Of a stretch of 52,285 bases of DNA, positions 8,690 through 18,400 are shown in pieces. The stretch is from Thermomicrobiales bacterium. Its GTDB lineage: Bacteria; Chloroflexota; Chloroflexia; Thermomicrobiales; UBA6265. The stretch is from positions 1 to 52,285 of the forward strand of contig JAPXRQ010000002.1 in the NCBI GenBank assembly GCA_033813515.1. Reading direction: 5' to 3'. Positions within the stretch are counted from its first letter, which is position 1. Every line of letters starts with the position of its first letter. The notes below the pieces were generated by a model. That model had not been told where the DNA came from, ran no database searches, and worked only from the letters and a program-made list of their open reading frames with translations. The position numbers and the translations under genes were made by a program.

Positions 8690-10176
8690 CAGGCATACCC
8701 CCAGCGGATCACGGGTTTGCCGCGCGATCGCAACCAGAACGCCAGCCAGGCCAGCAGGGTCACTGCTAGGGTGTCGATCAGGATCACCAGCCGCCGTTGT
8801 CGGTTATCCAGCGTCGCGATGACCTGCTCGGCCTCGGCCCGTCGGTCGGCATCCCCAAGTTGCGCAAATGTCGCGCCCGCATCCTTCGCGGCCGCGCGCG
8901 CTTCCGGATATCGACCCCAGCTCTTGGTCAGCCGCTTCGCTGTCTCCAGTTGCGCGATCGCTGTCAAGCCGTCAGTTGCCCGCTGCCGGTAGGTTTGGAG
9001 CAGCGTGTCCGGCACCTGTTCTGGTGGGAGGAGGGCGTACTGCATCTCGGCCTGATCAAGCAGATTGGCCGCCCGTTGGTAGTCATGCGCAGTCAGCGCG
9101 GTCTGGATTTCGACCATCAGGGTCTCGGCCTGCACCCCGGTATCGGCCTCATTGACCAGTGTCTGCACCTGTTCCAGTGCCGCCGGATCATTGAGCTGGC
9201 GATACAGATTGAGCGACGAGTCCAGCACAGCCTTGGCCGAGACATACTGTCCACCTGCCAGCAAATCGCGCGCTGGCTGCAAGTCGAATGCGGCCATCAG
9301 GTTGTCGCGCCATCCGGTCGTCGTCCAGGTCGGCAGATCCTGTTGCCAGTTCGCTTCGATCTGGTTCGCGTCGACCCCAAAACTGGTTGTCAGGGCGTCC
9401 TGCCAGGTGGCGCCCGTGCCCAACGCCGAGAGCCACGAGCGCACCGACGGAAAATCGAATCTGCTGATGAGGAAGGCGACAATTGAGTAGGCTTCGGATC
9501 GGGCCAGTTCAGTCTGCGCGATCCGTTCCGAACCGTGCATCGCGTACCACGGAATCAGCGCGCCGTCCTTATCCGCGACCTGCACATTGGACGCGACGCG
9601 GGCAAGCTCCTCCTGCGTCGGCAACGCGACATAAAGTGCAACTCCAGCAACCATTTCCGGTGTCGCCAGTTGATTGCTCAGTCGTTCCACTGCGATTGCC
9701 CCAACCGCAAAGCTGACTGCGTTCTCCGCCTGAATGTCCGAGAGTGCCAAAAACGCCGGCACATCCACACGGATCACCAGGTCCACTGGATCAATCGTCA
9801 CGGCGGAGTAGGGGACGAGCACGTCAGGAATCGCGGCCGTCACGTCGCGGTACATCGCGCTGTTCAGGTAGCCGAGCACCGTAGTGCTGTCGTCGAGCCC
9901 ACCACCCAGAACACTGGTCGTCAGTGTTGCCGCCTGGGTGAAGGTCGGACCAAACTCGATCGCAAATGCTTCGGAGGAAAGCGTGACATCGCCGGTCAGT
10001 GGTGGCTGCACCGCATAGACAAACTGATCGGGATCGGTCTTCGGCCAGGATGTCTCAGGAATCGGGCGGGTTGCCGGCCAGGTGGCCTCGACAGGCAGCA
10101 CGGCAAACCAGCCAAGCGCCCAAATCACGCACAGCAGCAATCCCGCAGAAGCAGTGATACTTCGAGGTACGGTCAT
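8689..10176 (-). CDS. Uncharacterised signal-anchored protein with helical-repeat C-terminal half and C-terminal TM helix
   Basis: I prefer the ATG at 10176 (MTVPRSITASAGLLLCVIWALGWF..., 495 aa). A GGAGAG Shine-Dalgarno sequence lies about 8 nt upstream, and a hydrophobic signal/anchor follows directly. The ORF track extends to 10344. The C-terminal half is Ala/Leu/Gln-rich and TPR-like, followed by a TM helix (LVILIDTLAVTLLAWLAFWL). No HExxH or Walker motifs. Confidence 0.5.
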   Translation of the reverse strand: MTVPRSITASAGLLLCVIWALGWFAVLPVEATWPATRPIPETSWPKTDPDQFVYAVQPPLTGDVTLSSEAFAIEFGPTFTQAATLTTSVLGGGLDDSTTVLGYLNSAMYRDVTAAIPDVLVPYSAVTIDPVDLVIRVDVPAFLALSDIQAENAVSFAVGAIAVERLSNQLATPEMVAGVALYVALPTQEELARVASNVQVADKDGALIPWYAMHGSERIAQTELARSEAYSIVAFLISRFDFPSVRSWLSALGTGATWQDALTTSFGVDANQIEANWQQDLPTWTTTGWRDNLMAAFDLQPARDLLAGGQYVSAKAVLDSSLNLYRQLNDPAALEQVQTLVNEADTGVQAETLMVEIQTALTAHDYQRAANLLDQAEMQYALLPPEQVPDTLLQTYRQRATDGLTAIAQLETAKRLTKSWGRYPEARAAAKDAGATFAQLGDADRRAEAEQVIATLDNRQRRLVILIDTLAVTLLAWLAFWLRSRGKPVIRWGYA

Positions 10177-10459
10177 CGTACCCACTCTCCGCGCCACCTG
10201 ACGGAAGCTGGTCCGCATCAGGGGCAGAAAAACGCACCAAATCCGCATCAATCCGCCATCCGGGGCACCCGCATTGCCGATTGAACGGTGAACACGTCCG
10301 TTGGGGGTGACGAATGATTCGCTTCGGGCGCTGTTCGCACTCACCCTAGCACATACCTGCCACTCGAAACCGTCTCACAGCCACCCTGAGCACCCGTACA
10401 ATCTCGCCAGGCCGTTCCGGATGCCTGCCTCAGCACCCCTACCATTGGAGAAACCGAGC

Positions 10460-11656
10460 ATGGTTGCCTCACTTGACCGTCTTCGCAGCGAAATCGATGA
10501 GATCCTGCCCGGAGTCATCGCCGATCGCCGTCAGTTCCATGAAAATCCCGAGCTCGGGTTCCAGGAGTTCGAGACCGCCCGTGCCGTTGCCGAGCGCCTC
10601 GCCGCCCTCGGTGTCGAAGACATCCGCACCGGCATCGCGGTTACCGGCGTCACCGGCCTGATCCACGGCGGCAGGGGACCGGGCAAAACCGTCCTCCTTC
10701 GTGCCGATATGGACGCCCTCCCCATCCTCGAAGAGAACGATGTCGACTACCGCTCGAAGGTAGATGGCAAAATGCACGCCTGCGGGCACGATGCCCACAC
10801 CGCCATGCTGCTCGGTATCGCCCGCGTCCTCACCGACCGCAAGGCCGAGTTTGCCGGCACAGTGAAGCTCCTCTTTCAGCCGGCCGAGGAGGGAGGCGGA
10901 GGCGCCCGGGTCATGATCGAGGAAGGCGTGCTCTCCGATCCGACGGTCGATGCCGTCTTCGGGATGCACATGGATCAGGGCAGCCCCGTAGGCACCATCA
11001 GCGCTCGCCCCGGACCCGCCCTCGCCGCCGCCGATCGCTTCTACGTCACGATCAAGGGCAAGGGTGGCCATGGTGCCCATCCCGATCTCACCCACGACCC
11101 GATCGTTATCGGCGCGCAGATCGTCACCGCACTCCAGACCGTGGTTGCCCGCGAGATTGATCCAATCGAGTCGGCCGTCTGCACGGTGGGCGCGTTCATC
11201 GCTGGCGAGGCGGCCAATGTCATCCCCGACACCGCCATCCTCCGCGGCACACTCCGCTCGTTCAAGCCAGAAGTGCGGGTCCACCTCGCCGAGGCTGTGG
11301 AGCGCATCATCACCAATGTCGCCACATCGATGCGGGCCACGGTCGATTACGACTACGCTCCCGGCTATCCGCCGACCGTCAATGACGATGCCATGACCGA
11401 GATGGTGCTCGGCATCGCCCGGGAGGTTGTCGGCGAGGAGAACGTGCGCGTTCCACCGGCCATGATGGGTGCGGAGGACTTCAGCTACTTCCTCGAGCAG
11501 AAACCCGGTTGCTTCTATTTCGTCGGGAGCGCCAATGAAGATCGCGGCCTGACCTGGGGACACCACCATCCGCGGTTCGACATCGACGAGGAATCGATGA
11601 TCTACGGCATGGATGTCATGATCCGCACCGTGCTCACCTACCTCGGGGACGAGTAG
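10460..11656 (+). CDS. M20-family amidohydrolase (aminoacylase/hippurate-hydrolase type, M20D)
   Basis: 398 aa from ATG 10460, with GGAG at 10447-10450. Motifs seen: HENPELGFQEFETA, LRADMDALPI, MHACGHDAHTAMLLG, LFQPAEEGGGGA. The upstream part of the ORF-track frame has no matching features. Confidence 0.85.
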   Translation: MVASLDRLRSEIDEILPGVIADRRQFHENPELGFQEFETARAVAERLAALGVEDIRTGIAVTGVTGLIHGGRGPGKTVLLRADMDALPILEENDVDYRSKVDGKMHACGHDAHTAMLLGIARVLTDRKAEFAGTVKLLFQPAEEGGGGARVMIEEGVLSDPTVDAVFGMHMDQGSPVGTISARPGPALAAADRFYVTIKGKGGHGAHPDLTHDPIVIGAQIVTALQTVVAREIDPIESAVCTVGAFIAGEAANVIPDTAILRGTLRSFKPEVRVHLAEAVERIITNVATSMRATVDYDYAPGYPPTVNDDAMTEMVLGIAREVVGEENVRVPPAMMGAEDFSYFLEQKPGCFYFVGSANEDRGLTWGHHHPRFDIDEESMIYGMDVMIRTVLTYLGDE

Positions 11657-11657
11657 C

Positions 11658-11987
11658 GTGGCCTTCGATCAGGCGCTGGTCGATCGCGTCCGGGATGTCC
11701 TGGCCAACGAACCAGGCGTAACCGGCCGCAAGATGTTCGGCTCCTACGCCTTCTTCATCAACGGGCACATGTGCGGCGGTGTGACCGCCGATCGGCTGCT
11801 CATTCGCACGCGCCCGGAGACCTACCAGGCAACACTGCAGAAGGCCCACGTGTCCCGCTTCCCGGACGAGGGCAAGGTCATGAACAACTTCGCTTCCGTG
11901 GACGAGATCGCGTTTCCCGAGGATGAAGACCTGCTCGCCTGGCTGGCCGAGGGCATGGAGATCGCCCGTACCCTGCCGCCGAAGTAA
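11658..11987 (+). CDS. TfoX/Sxy N-terminal-domain family protein
   Basis: 109 aa with a GTG start 2 nt after the M20 stop. The pattern LVDRVRDVL...GVTGRKMFGSYAFFINGHMCGGVTADRLLIRT resembles the TfoX N-terminal domain fold family (recognised from memory). Confidence 0.6.
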   Translation: MAFDQALVDRVRDVLANEPGVTGRKMFGSYAFFINGHMCGGVTADRLLIRTRPETYQATLQKAHVSRFPDEGKVMNNFASVDEIAFPEDEDLLAWLAEGMEIARTLPPK

Positions 11988-11988
11988 C

Positions 11989-13332
11989 TTACGGGGCGGT
12001 CGCGATCGTGGCCGCCTCAACCCTGCGGAACAACTCGGCCACAAAGGCGGCATGCTCCGGTTTCATCAGCACACTCCGCAGCACCGTCATCCGTTCCGTA
12101 TCCCAAACAATCCCGGCATCAGACACCTGCTCCGGCGTCACGGTCAGTTTGGCCAGAAAGAACGCATCAGGATCGGTATGCATCCCGGCCCCAAACACGC
12201 GCTCGGTCCATTCCGAGATCGCGCTCGCCGCGAGCCCGTCCTGTGCCGGATAGAAGCCGACGATATCCAGTTCTGGTGTCACCACCAGCCGCAGTACATC
12301 CGACAGGTCAATCAACCGGGCCAGATCCACGGACGCCTGCCGCGACTTTGCCAGGACCCGACCGAGTCCATCCGGCGTGAGCGGGAACGCCTGAATCGTT
12401 GCCCAGAATGCCGCCGCCGCCGCACCAGCCCGGGAGCACTCAAGGCTGATCTCACCGAGATGCAACTCCTTTGACGTGAAGTAGGTGTACGGCGAATCGT
12501 GCTGATAGAACCGGCCCACACTGGCATCGCGGAACAGGACCGAGCCGCATCCATAAGGCTGCAACCCGTGCTTGTGTGGATCGATCACGATGCTGTCCGC
12601 CTCGCCCATCACCCGAAATGCCCGCGCCACATCGTCCCGTAGCCCAGTGCCATCGGCAAGCAGCCGGAAGAATCCTCCGTACGCCGCATCGACGTGCACC
12701 CGAACGCCATGCTCCTGGGTCAGGGCCAGAATCGCCGGAAGATCATCGACCGCCCCGATCGAGGTTGTCCCGAGGGTTGCCACCACCGTACCTATGCGGC
12801 CGGACTTGAGCGCCTCGGCCAATCTGTCGAGCGAAAGCCGCCCTCCCCGTTCCGTCGGTATCGCAACATGCGGTACACCGAGGACCTGGCACATCCGGCT
12901 GTGGGTGTAATGCGCTCCCGCGGACGACGCTATCGCTTTGCCCGGCAGCAGTTCCCGGGCGATCCACAGCGCTTCCAGATTGGCGATCGTCCCCGACGAT
13001 GTCAGATGCCCAAGTGCCTTCTCCGGTTGGTAGCCAACCATGCGGCTCATCGCTTCGATGCACTCCCGCTCCAGCGCGGCCGTCGCAGGTCCGCCATCAA
13101 GCGCGTGATTGTTGGGATTGATCTCCATCGCCAGCGCATAGGCCGCGGCCGCGATGGGATGTGGTGGCTTCAGCATCTGCCCGGCGTAGACAGGATGCTG
13201 GAACGGATAGTTGTCGCGGAGTCGTTCGGCCAGTTGATCGAGAACCGTCTCGATATCGGCATCCAGCACCGGGTCGGGATCAACCGGATCCCACTGCGCG
13301 CGCCAGGCTGCCAATCGATCCGGGGTGGTCAT
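11989..13332 (-). CDS. Group II pyridoxal-phosphate-dependent decarboxylase
   Basis: 447 aa from ATG 13332 ([10 protein letters not shown]...), which shares one base with the upstream stop (TGATG). Motifs seen: [10 protein letters not shown] and [21 protein letters not shown] (PLP-lysine in DPHKHG). Confidence 0.85.
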   Translation of the reverse strand: MTTPDRLAAWRAQWDPVDPDPVLDADIETVLDQLAERLRDNYPFQHPVYAGQMLKPPHPIAAAAYALAMEINPNNHALDGGPATAALERECIEAMSRMVGYQPEKALGHLTSSGTIANLEALWIARELLPGKAIASSAGAHYTHSRMCQVLGVPHVAIPTERGGRLSLDRLAEALKSGRIGTVVATLGTTSIGAVDDLPAILALTQEHGVRVHVDAAYGGFFRLLADGTGLRDDVARAFRVMGEADSIVIDPHKHGLQPYGCGSVLFRDASVGRFYQHDSPYTYFTSKELHLGEISLECSRAGAAAAAFWATIQAFPLTPDGLGRVLAKSRQASVDLARLIDLSDVLRLVVTPELDIVGFYPAQDGLAASAISEWTERVFGAGMHTDPDAFFLAKLTVTPEQVSDAGIVWDTERMTVLRSVLMKPEHAAFVAELFRRVEAATIATAP

Positions 13333-14732
13333 CAGCCGTTGTCGACCTGTCCGTAGCCGCGCGGAATGTACCGGCCAGATCCCGCCACTCCTGGCAGCCG
13401 GGCATCCCCCTCCAGCGAGTCGTCGTAAATCGTCTCGCCCCGGCGGATCGTCCTGATCACCCGACCGATAACCGTTTTGCCCTCGAACGGGGTCCATTTC
13501 TGCTTGTGGCACATGTCCTCGCCACGTACGACCCATTCGCGCTCCGGATCAAAGATCACGAGATCGGCATCCGACCCAATCGCAATCGTTCCCTTGCGCG
13601 GAAACAGGTCAAAAATCTGGGCCGGATTCGATGCCATCTGGCGCACAAATTGCGGCAGCGCCATGCCCCGCTGATTGACGGCGCCATCGAAAAACACCGG
13701 GAGCAGTGTCTGCACACCGGCCAATCCCAGCGGCGCCCGGAAGATGTCATCCGCTCCGGCGTCCTTTAGCTCCCTCGTGAATCCGCAGTGATCGGAGCAG
13801 ATCAGATCGATCGTCTCATCCAGCACATAGGACCAGATCTGATCGACCTCTTCCTGCGACCGAAGGGATGGGGCGCACCGGCCGTAGCCTTTCAACGCGA
13901 CCAGATCATCGGTATTCAGGGACAGGTATTGCGGACACGTCTCCACGGTCACACGCACCCCCCTGGCTCGTGCTTCTGCAATGAGTCGCAATGCATCAGC
14001 CGACGCACAGTGGCAAATGTGTGCCCAGCATCCCGTGACTTCGGCCAGGTACAACACCTCGGCCACGGCGACCGCTTCGACCAGCGGCGGACGCGACTCG
14101 GCATGCGCCAGCGGATCGGTCCGGCCGCGATCCTGCAGCCGTTTCATTCCGCTCAACAGCAGATTGTCGTTTTCGGCATGAATGCCATACGGCAGCCCGG
14201 TATCAGCCACCACCGACATTGCCCAATGCAGCGTCGTCGTATCCACAGCTGGGAATGAGGGGCTCGATGAAGCCATGAACGATTTGAATGCGACCGCTCC
14301 GGTCGATGCCAGATTGCGCAGGTCGATTTCCGACTGCAGATTGCCGCCGATGATCCCGACCCAGAGCGCCATATCGACCAGCGCGGTTTTCGCCACCTGA
14401 TTGCGCTTCGCCTGGAACTGCTCGACGGTCACGGTCGTCGGATCGGCCTGCGGCATCTCGATGACCGTTGTAATCCCGCCCGCCGCCGCTCCCTGGCCGC
14501 CACTGAGGAAACCCTCGCGGGTGAACTCCTCCGGCTCGCGGAAGTGGGTGTGGGCATCGATGCCGCCTGGCATCACCAGCAGACCGGTCGCGTCGATGCG
14601 TGCGCTTGCTTCGACATCCGACGAGTCGCTGGTCAGGGCAACGATCCGCTCATCCTGGATCACTACATCTGCGCGAAAAACCGAGTCGTGGGTGACAATC
14701 GTGCCCCCCTCGACAACAAGAGCCTCAGCCAT
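13332..14732 (-). CDS. Cyclic amidohydrolase (allantoinase/hydantoinase/dihydroorotase superfamily)
   Basis: 466 aa. It has the N-terminal metal motif [13 protein letters not shown] and a candidate carbamylated-Lys context [10 protein letters not shown]. Later His/Asp ligands are present (YGIHAEN, ICHCAS, CSDHCGF). Confidence 0.85.
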   Translation of the reverse strand: MAEALVVEGGTIVTHDSVFRADVVIQDERIVALTSDSSDVEASARIDATGLLVMPGGIDAHTHFREPEEFTREGFLSGGQGAAAGGITTVIEMPQADPTTVTVEQFQAKRNQVAKTALVDMALWVGIIGGNLQSEIDLRNLASTGAVAFKSFMASSSPSFPAVDTTTLHWAMSVVADTGLPYGIHAENDNLLLSGMKRLQDRGRTDPLAHAESRPPLVEAVAVAEVLYLAEVTGCWAHICHCASADALRLIAEARARGVRVTVETCPQYLSLNTDDLVALKGYGRCAPSLRSQEEVDQIWSYVLDETIDLICSDHCGFTRELKDAGADDIFRAPLGLAGVQTLLPVFFDGAVNQRGMALPQFVRQMASNPAQIFDLFPRKGTIAIGSDADLVIFDPEREWVVRGEDMCHKQKWTPFEGKTVIGRVIRTIRRGETIYDDSLEGDARLPGVAGSGRYIPRGYGQVDNG

Positions 14733-14752
14733 GGATTGTCATCCGGTGCGTT

Positions 14753-15025
14753 TCAGGAAATATCGACCACGGTATCCGACGGCGGCGCCGCCCAATCCAT
14801 TGCATGTCGAAGGTTATAAAGCATCTCGGCAAAGCGCAAAACCTGCAGGCGGTCCGGCACGGGCAATTCGCGCATCAGGTAGTACAACCGCCAGTCGTCT
14901 GGGGCAAACGCCGAGATCGAGTTGGCTGGCGGATCGACCGCCATGATATCGAAATAGGAAAGCCCGCCAGCCTCACGTAACGCTCGCTCGGCCGGGGTCG
15001 CTGGTTCGTTCGCCATTGCCCTCAT
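14753..15025 (-). CDS. Small hypothetical protein (start uncertain)
   Basis: The ORF lies 20 nt upstream of the amidohydrolase gene on the same strand. Candidate ATGs are at 15025 and 15016, and the ORF track reaches 15166. No recognisable domain (…GGLSYFDIMAVDPPANSISAFAPDDWRLYYLMRELPVPDRLQVLRF…). Coding status is not proven. Confidence 0.3.
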   Translation of the reverse strand: MRAMANEPATPAERALREAGGLSYFDIMAVDPPANSISAFAPDDWRLYYLMRELPVPDRLQVLRFAEMLYNLRHAMDWAAPPSDTVVDIS

Positions 15026-15425
15026 CTGCCCTGGGTACTGATGCCATTCTGGGGGCCGTTCGTCCCGTAGGTATAGGCCAAGGGTACCATCCCGCTGATA
15101 ACCCGAACGGTATCTGCGATGCATGGGAGTCGGATCAGTCAGGCCGCTCGATTGGCGTCGTGCCAACCCTCCTGCAGGCTACAGTTGCGCGCTTTGCAGC
15201 CGGGCGATTTGTCTTGTCGGCGATGTCAAATCTCCGCCGTGCAATGCCTCCGGGGTCGGTATCTGTTCGTACAGGGTCCCGGACATCCCCCGCCGCCTGT
15301 CCACCCTGGTTGTGCCTTCCCTCCCATGTCCGATCGCCTCGCCGCTGGGTAGTCTGCTTGGTACATGGTGGCGCAATGGGACCAGTGCGCACTGGCCCCT
15401 GCCCCCATGTATACAGAGAACCGCA

Positions 15426-18400
15426 ATGGCCGTAGTCCTTGTGGTCGGGGCGCTCGTTCTGAGCCTTTCGACCGTCGCCAAGTTGATACGCTCCACGCCG
15501 AGCCTCCGCACTGGCTGGATTGCTACTGGCCTTGCCCTGCTGCTCCTCTCTGCATCTGCCCTGACCTACAACCATCACCAGAACGCCTCCAACTGGCTCC
15601 TCATCACCGCTGCCGCTGCATTTGTCACCGGCGCGGCCTGGGCCTGGTGGATGGACCGCCGGTCACGCTGGACCTGGGATGAGGCCTGCGATGGACTGAC
15701 GGCGCTGGTCGTGACGGTCGGCTGCGGCTGGCAACTCCTGCTCGGTCCGTTGCATCACAACCACACCACCGGCGGCGATCTTCTGGCGGCGATTGTGCTG
15801 GTCACGGCGCTCGCCCTCGTCTCCCTGATGTTTGTCACGGTTGGCAGCAGCCGGTGCCTCGAGGCGCTGGTAACGCCCATCTTCGCCCTCGGGGTGACCG
15901 CCTTCGCCGTCAGCCAGGCGGAGGTTCTGATCCGTTGGCGGAGCCAGATCGGTCCGAGCGCGTCCGACTGGCTAATGATCGCGTTCCTTGGTGCGGCCAT
16001 GTTTGTGGTGGCCCAGGGCCGGCTTCGCCCATCGCGCGTCGCGGCGGGCGCATCGACCCAGTCCTTCCGCACCACGATGATCTTCTGCGTCGCGACCCTC
16101 ATTCCGATTACCGCTTCGGTCGCGCAGGCGATCGAGTCCGAGCGCGGGTATGGACTGTGCGCCATGATGCTGGTCCTCACGCTCACGGTCCTCACCCTTC
16201 GCTTTGTTCGCTTCATCCGCCAGATCTCCAGACTCGAAGCCAACCGCATGACGCGTGATTCCCTGATCACGATCCCGGTCGGCGCGCTTTCCGTCGACAG
16301 CGATCGCGACTTCGAAACGCTTCTCGGCAAGGTCCTCGAACTCGGGGCCAACATCTTCGATGCCGAGCGCGCCCAACTCTCGCTGACCTTTGGCGCCGCC
16401 GATGGGGCCGAGCGGTTCCACATCGATCGCGGCCTGACCGACACCGAACAGACCATCCTCCACACCCACCCGCGTCTCGATCCCTCGATCTGCCTCGCCC
16501 AGGACGGCACCTGGCGCCCGCTCCGCATTCGCCGCGACGATATCGTCCTCCCGGTTGCCACTCAGGGTGCCTGGGCGGTGGCCGGCAAGATGGAAAGCCT
16601 GCTCATCCCGATCCACAGCGCCGAAAATGCGATCGGTCTGCTCGAGCTCTGGTCGCCCAACAACGATCTGGCCATTCGGGACGGAGATCTCGACACCGCC
16701 GCGACGTTCGGAGCCGATGCTGGTCAGGCAATCGAGCACGCCTATCTCGTCGTTCGCACCCGATCGCAGGTAGAGCAGGCCGAAATGCTGCTGACCGTCA
16801 GCGAAGTCTTCAGCCGTGGCCATCGCCTCGATCTCTGCCTGAGCCAGGTCGCCGAACGCCTGCTTGGGCGCGGCGGATCCGACCGCATCACGATCGGGGT
16901 CATCGAGCGCCAGCGATCCGAGATTCAGATTGCTGCCGAATTCGACCGCGATCCGGCCAGTCACCAGACCAGGGCCGGATTCCGGTTTCCCCTCGATCAG
17001 TGGTTGACCTACAGCGAGCTCAGACGCTCCGGGAATGTCGAGATCTGGTCTCGTGCTGAATCGGTTGGGTCCGAGGATCCCCGCCTGACCATCCTTGATC
17101 AGCACGATGCGGAGAGCCTGCTCGCCATTCCCGCGTACATCGATGGCCAGTTGCGCGTCATCATCCAGATCGTCAGCCGCACCAACGTTCTCAGCGATTC
17201 GGCCGAGTTGCGCGCAATCTGGCGTGTCGTTGCCCAGCAGATTCAGTTCGGCATCGAATCAATCTCCGCATTGCAGGAAAGCCGCCGCAGCGAACGCCTT
17301 GAAGCACTTCGCCGCCGCATCAACGAGGCGTTGCAATCAGTCGACGATCTCACCCAGAACTACGAATCGATCGCCCGTGCGTTCCACCGCGTTCCCGATG
17401 TCCACGGCGCCACCATCCTCAGCTGGGACGACGATCGCCGTGGCTTCGTCGTCGAAGCCGATTGGGCAGAACCGCCGATCGCGAGCTGGGACATCGGCAC
17501 ACTTGTCTCGACCGACTCCAACGACCTGCTGGCCGAGATCTCGGACAGTTCCGGACCGCGCATGATGTGGCAGGACTCGCAAACGCTTTCCGATGAGCAG
17601 CGCGAACGCATGGTCCGCCACCACATCGGTACCGCGCTGTCGGTCCCGTTGCGGAACGAAGACCGCTTTGTCGGCGGTCTCCTGCTGGTCTCTCACAATC
17701 GCAATGGCTTCAGCGAAGAAACAGTCTCGCTGGCCGGTCAGTTGGCTGCGACGCTCAGCCTGGTTATGAAGGCGATCGAACTCCGCCGCCAACAGGCATC
17801 GCAAGCAGACGAACAGGCTTTCAAACTGCAACTGATGGAAGCGGCCACATCCCGCGATGATCCGCAGCAGGCGCTCGAAGCGATTGCCCGCATCGGACTC
17901 GGGCGCCATGGTGCCGAGTCGATCAATATCGCCTTCTTCGACCATCCGAACAACCGCATCATCATCGCGGCCGACACGACCTTGCCTGATTGGCCGGGTG
18001 TCGACGCGCCGGGGACGGTCCTGCCCATCCTGCGCGGTTCGGTCCAGGAAGAGGCATTGATCTCGGGCCGCCTCGCCGAATACAGCAGCCTCGACGCTGA
18101 CTTGAACGAACACTCACGAAGCGATATCGACCTGTACGGCGCCGAAGCCTGGCTGGCACTCCCGTTGACGGTGCAGGATCGGCCAATTGGATTGCTGCAG
18201 GTGCTCTCCCGCGATCCGCATGCCTTCCCACTCCAGCGCAAGCGCCTGTGGGGCGAAATCTCGCACCAGATCGCTCCGGTCGTCCGCAGCCTTCAACTTT
18301 CGATGGATAACGATCGCCTCTCGCTGCAGCGGCAGTTGGGAGCACGTATCAACGAAGTCGCCGCGGTCTCAACCAGAATTCAGGAGACCTGGGATCAACT

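Noticed and set aside
6650-10176. Possibility that one of the two genes upstream of DUF58 is a divergent MoxR ATPase
   Set aside because: Neither translation contains a Walker A (GxxxxGK[ST]) or Walker B/AAA+ pattern. Both are membrane or low-complexity proteins.
10397-10402. TACAAT hexamer upstream of the first M20 gene as a -10 promoter element
   Set aside because: There is no convincing -35 (TTGACA-like) hexamer at 16-18 nt and no TG extension. A single hexamer match is not enough evidence.
10469-11569. Long antisense ORFs opposite well-supported genes. Examples: 10469..11569, 15972..17105, 18933..20213, 28263..29768, 30290..31180, 34842..36158, 43345..44595, 45231..46118, 46066..46926.
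   Set aside because: All lie opposite genes with strong family motifs and have Gly/Asp/Arg/Ala-biased, motif-free translations. Long open antisense frames of this kind are expected in GC-rich coding DNA.
15123-15425. 101-codon N-terminal extension of the GAF-GGDEF ORF
   Set aside because: The extension is Cys/Pro/Arg-rich without features and overlaps the divergent small ORF region. The ATG at 15426 begins directly with a hydrophobic TM helix.
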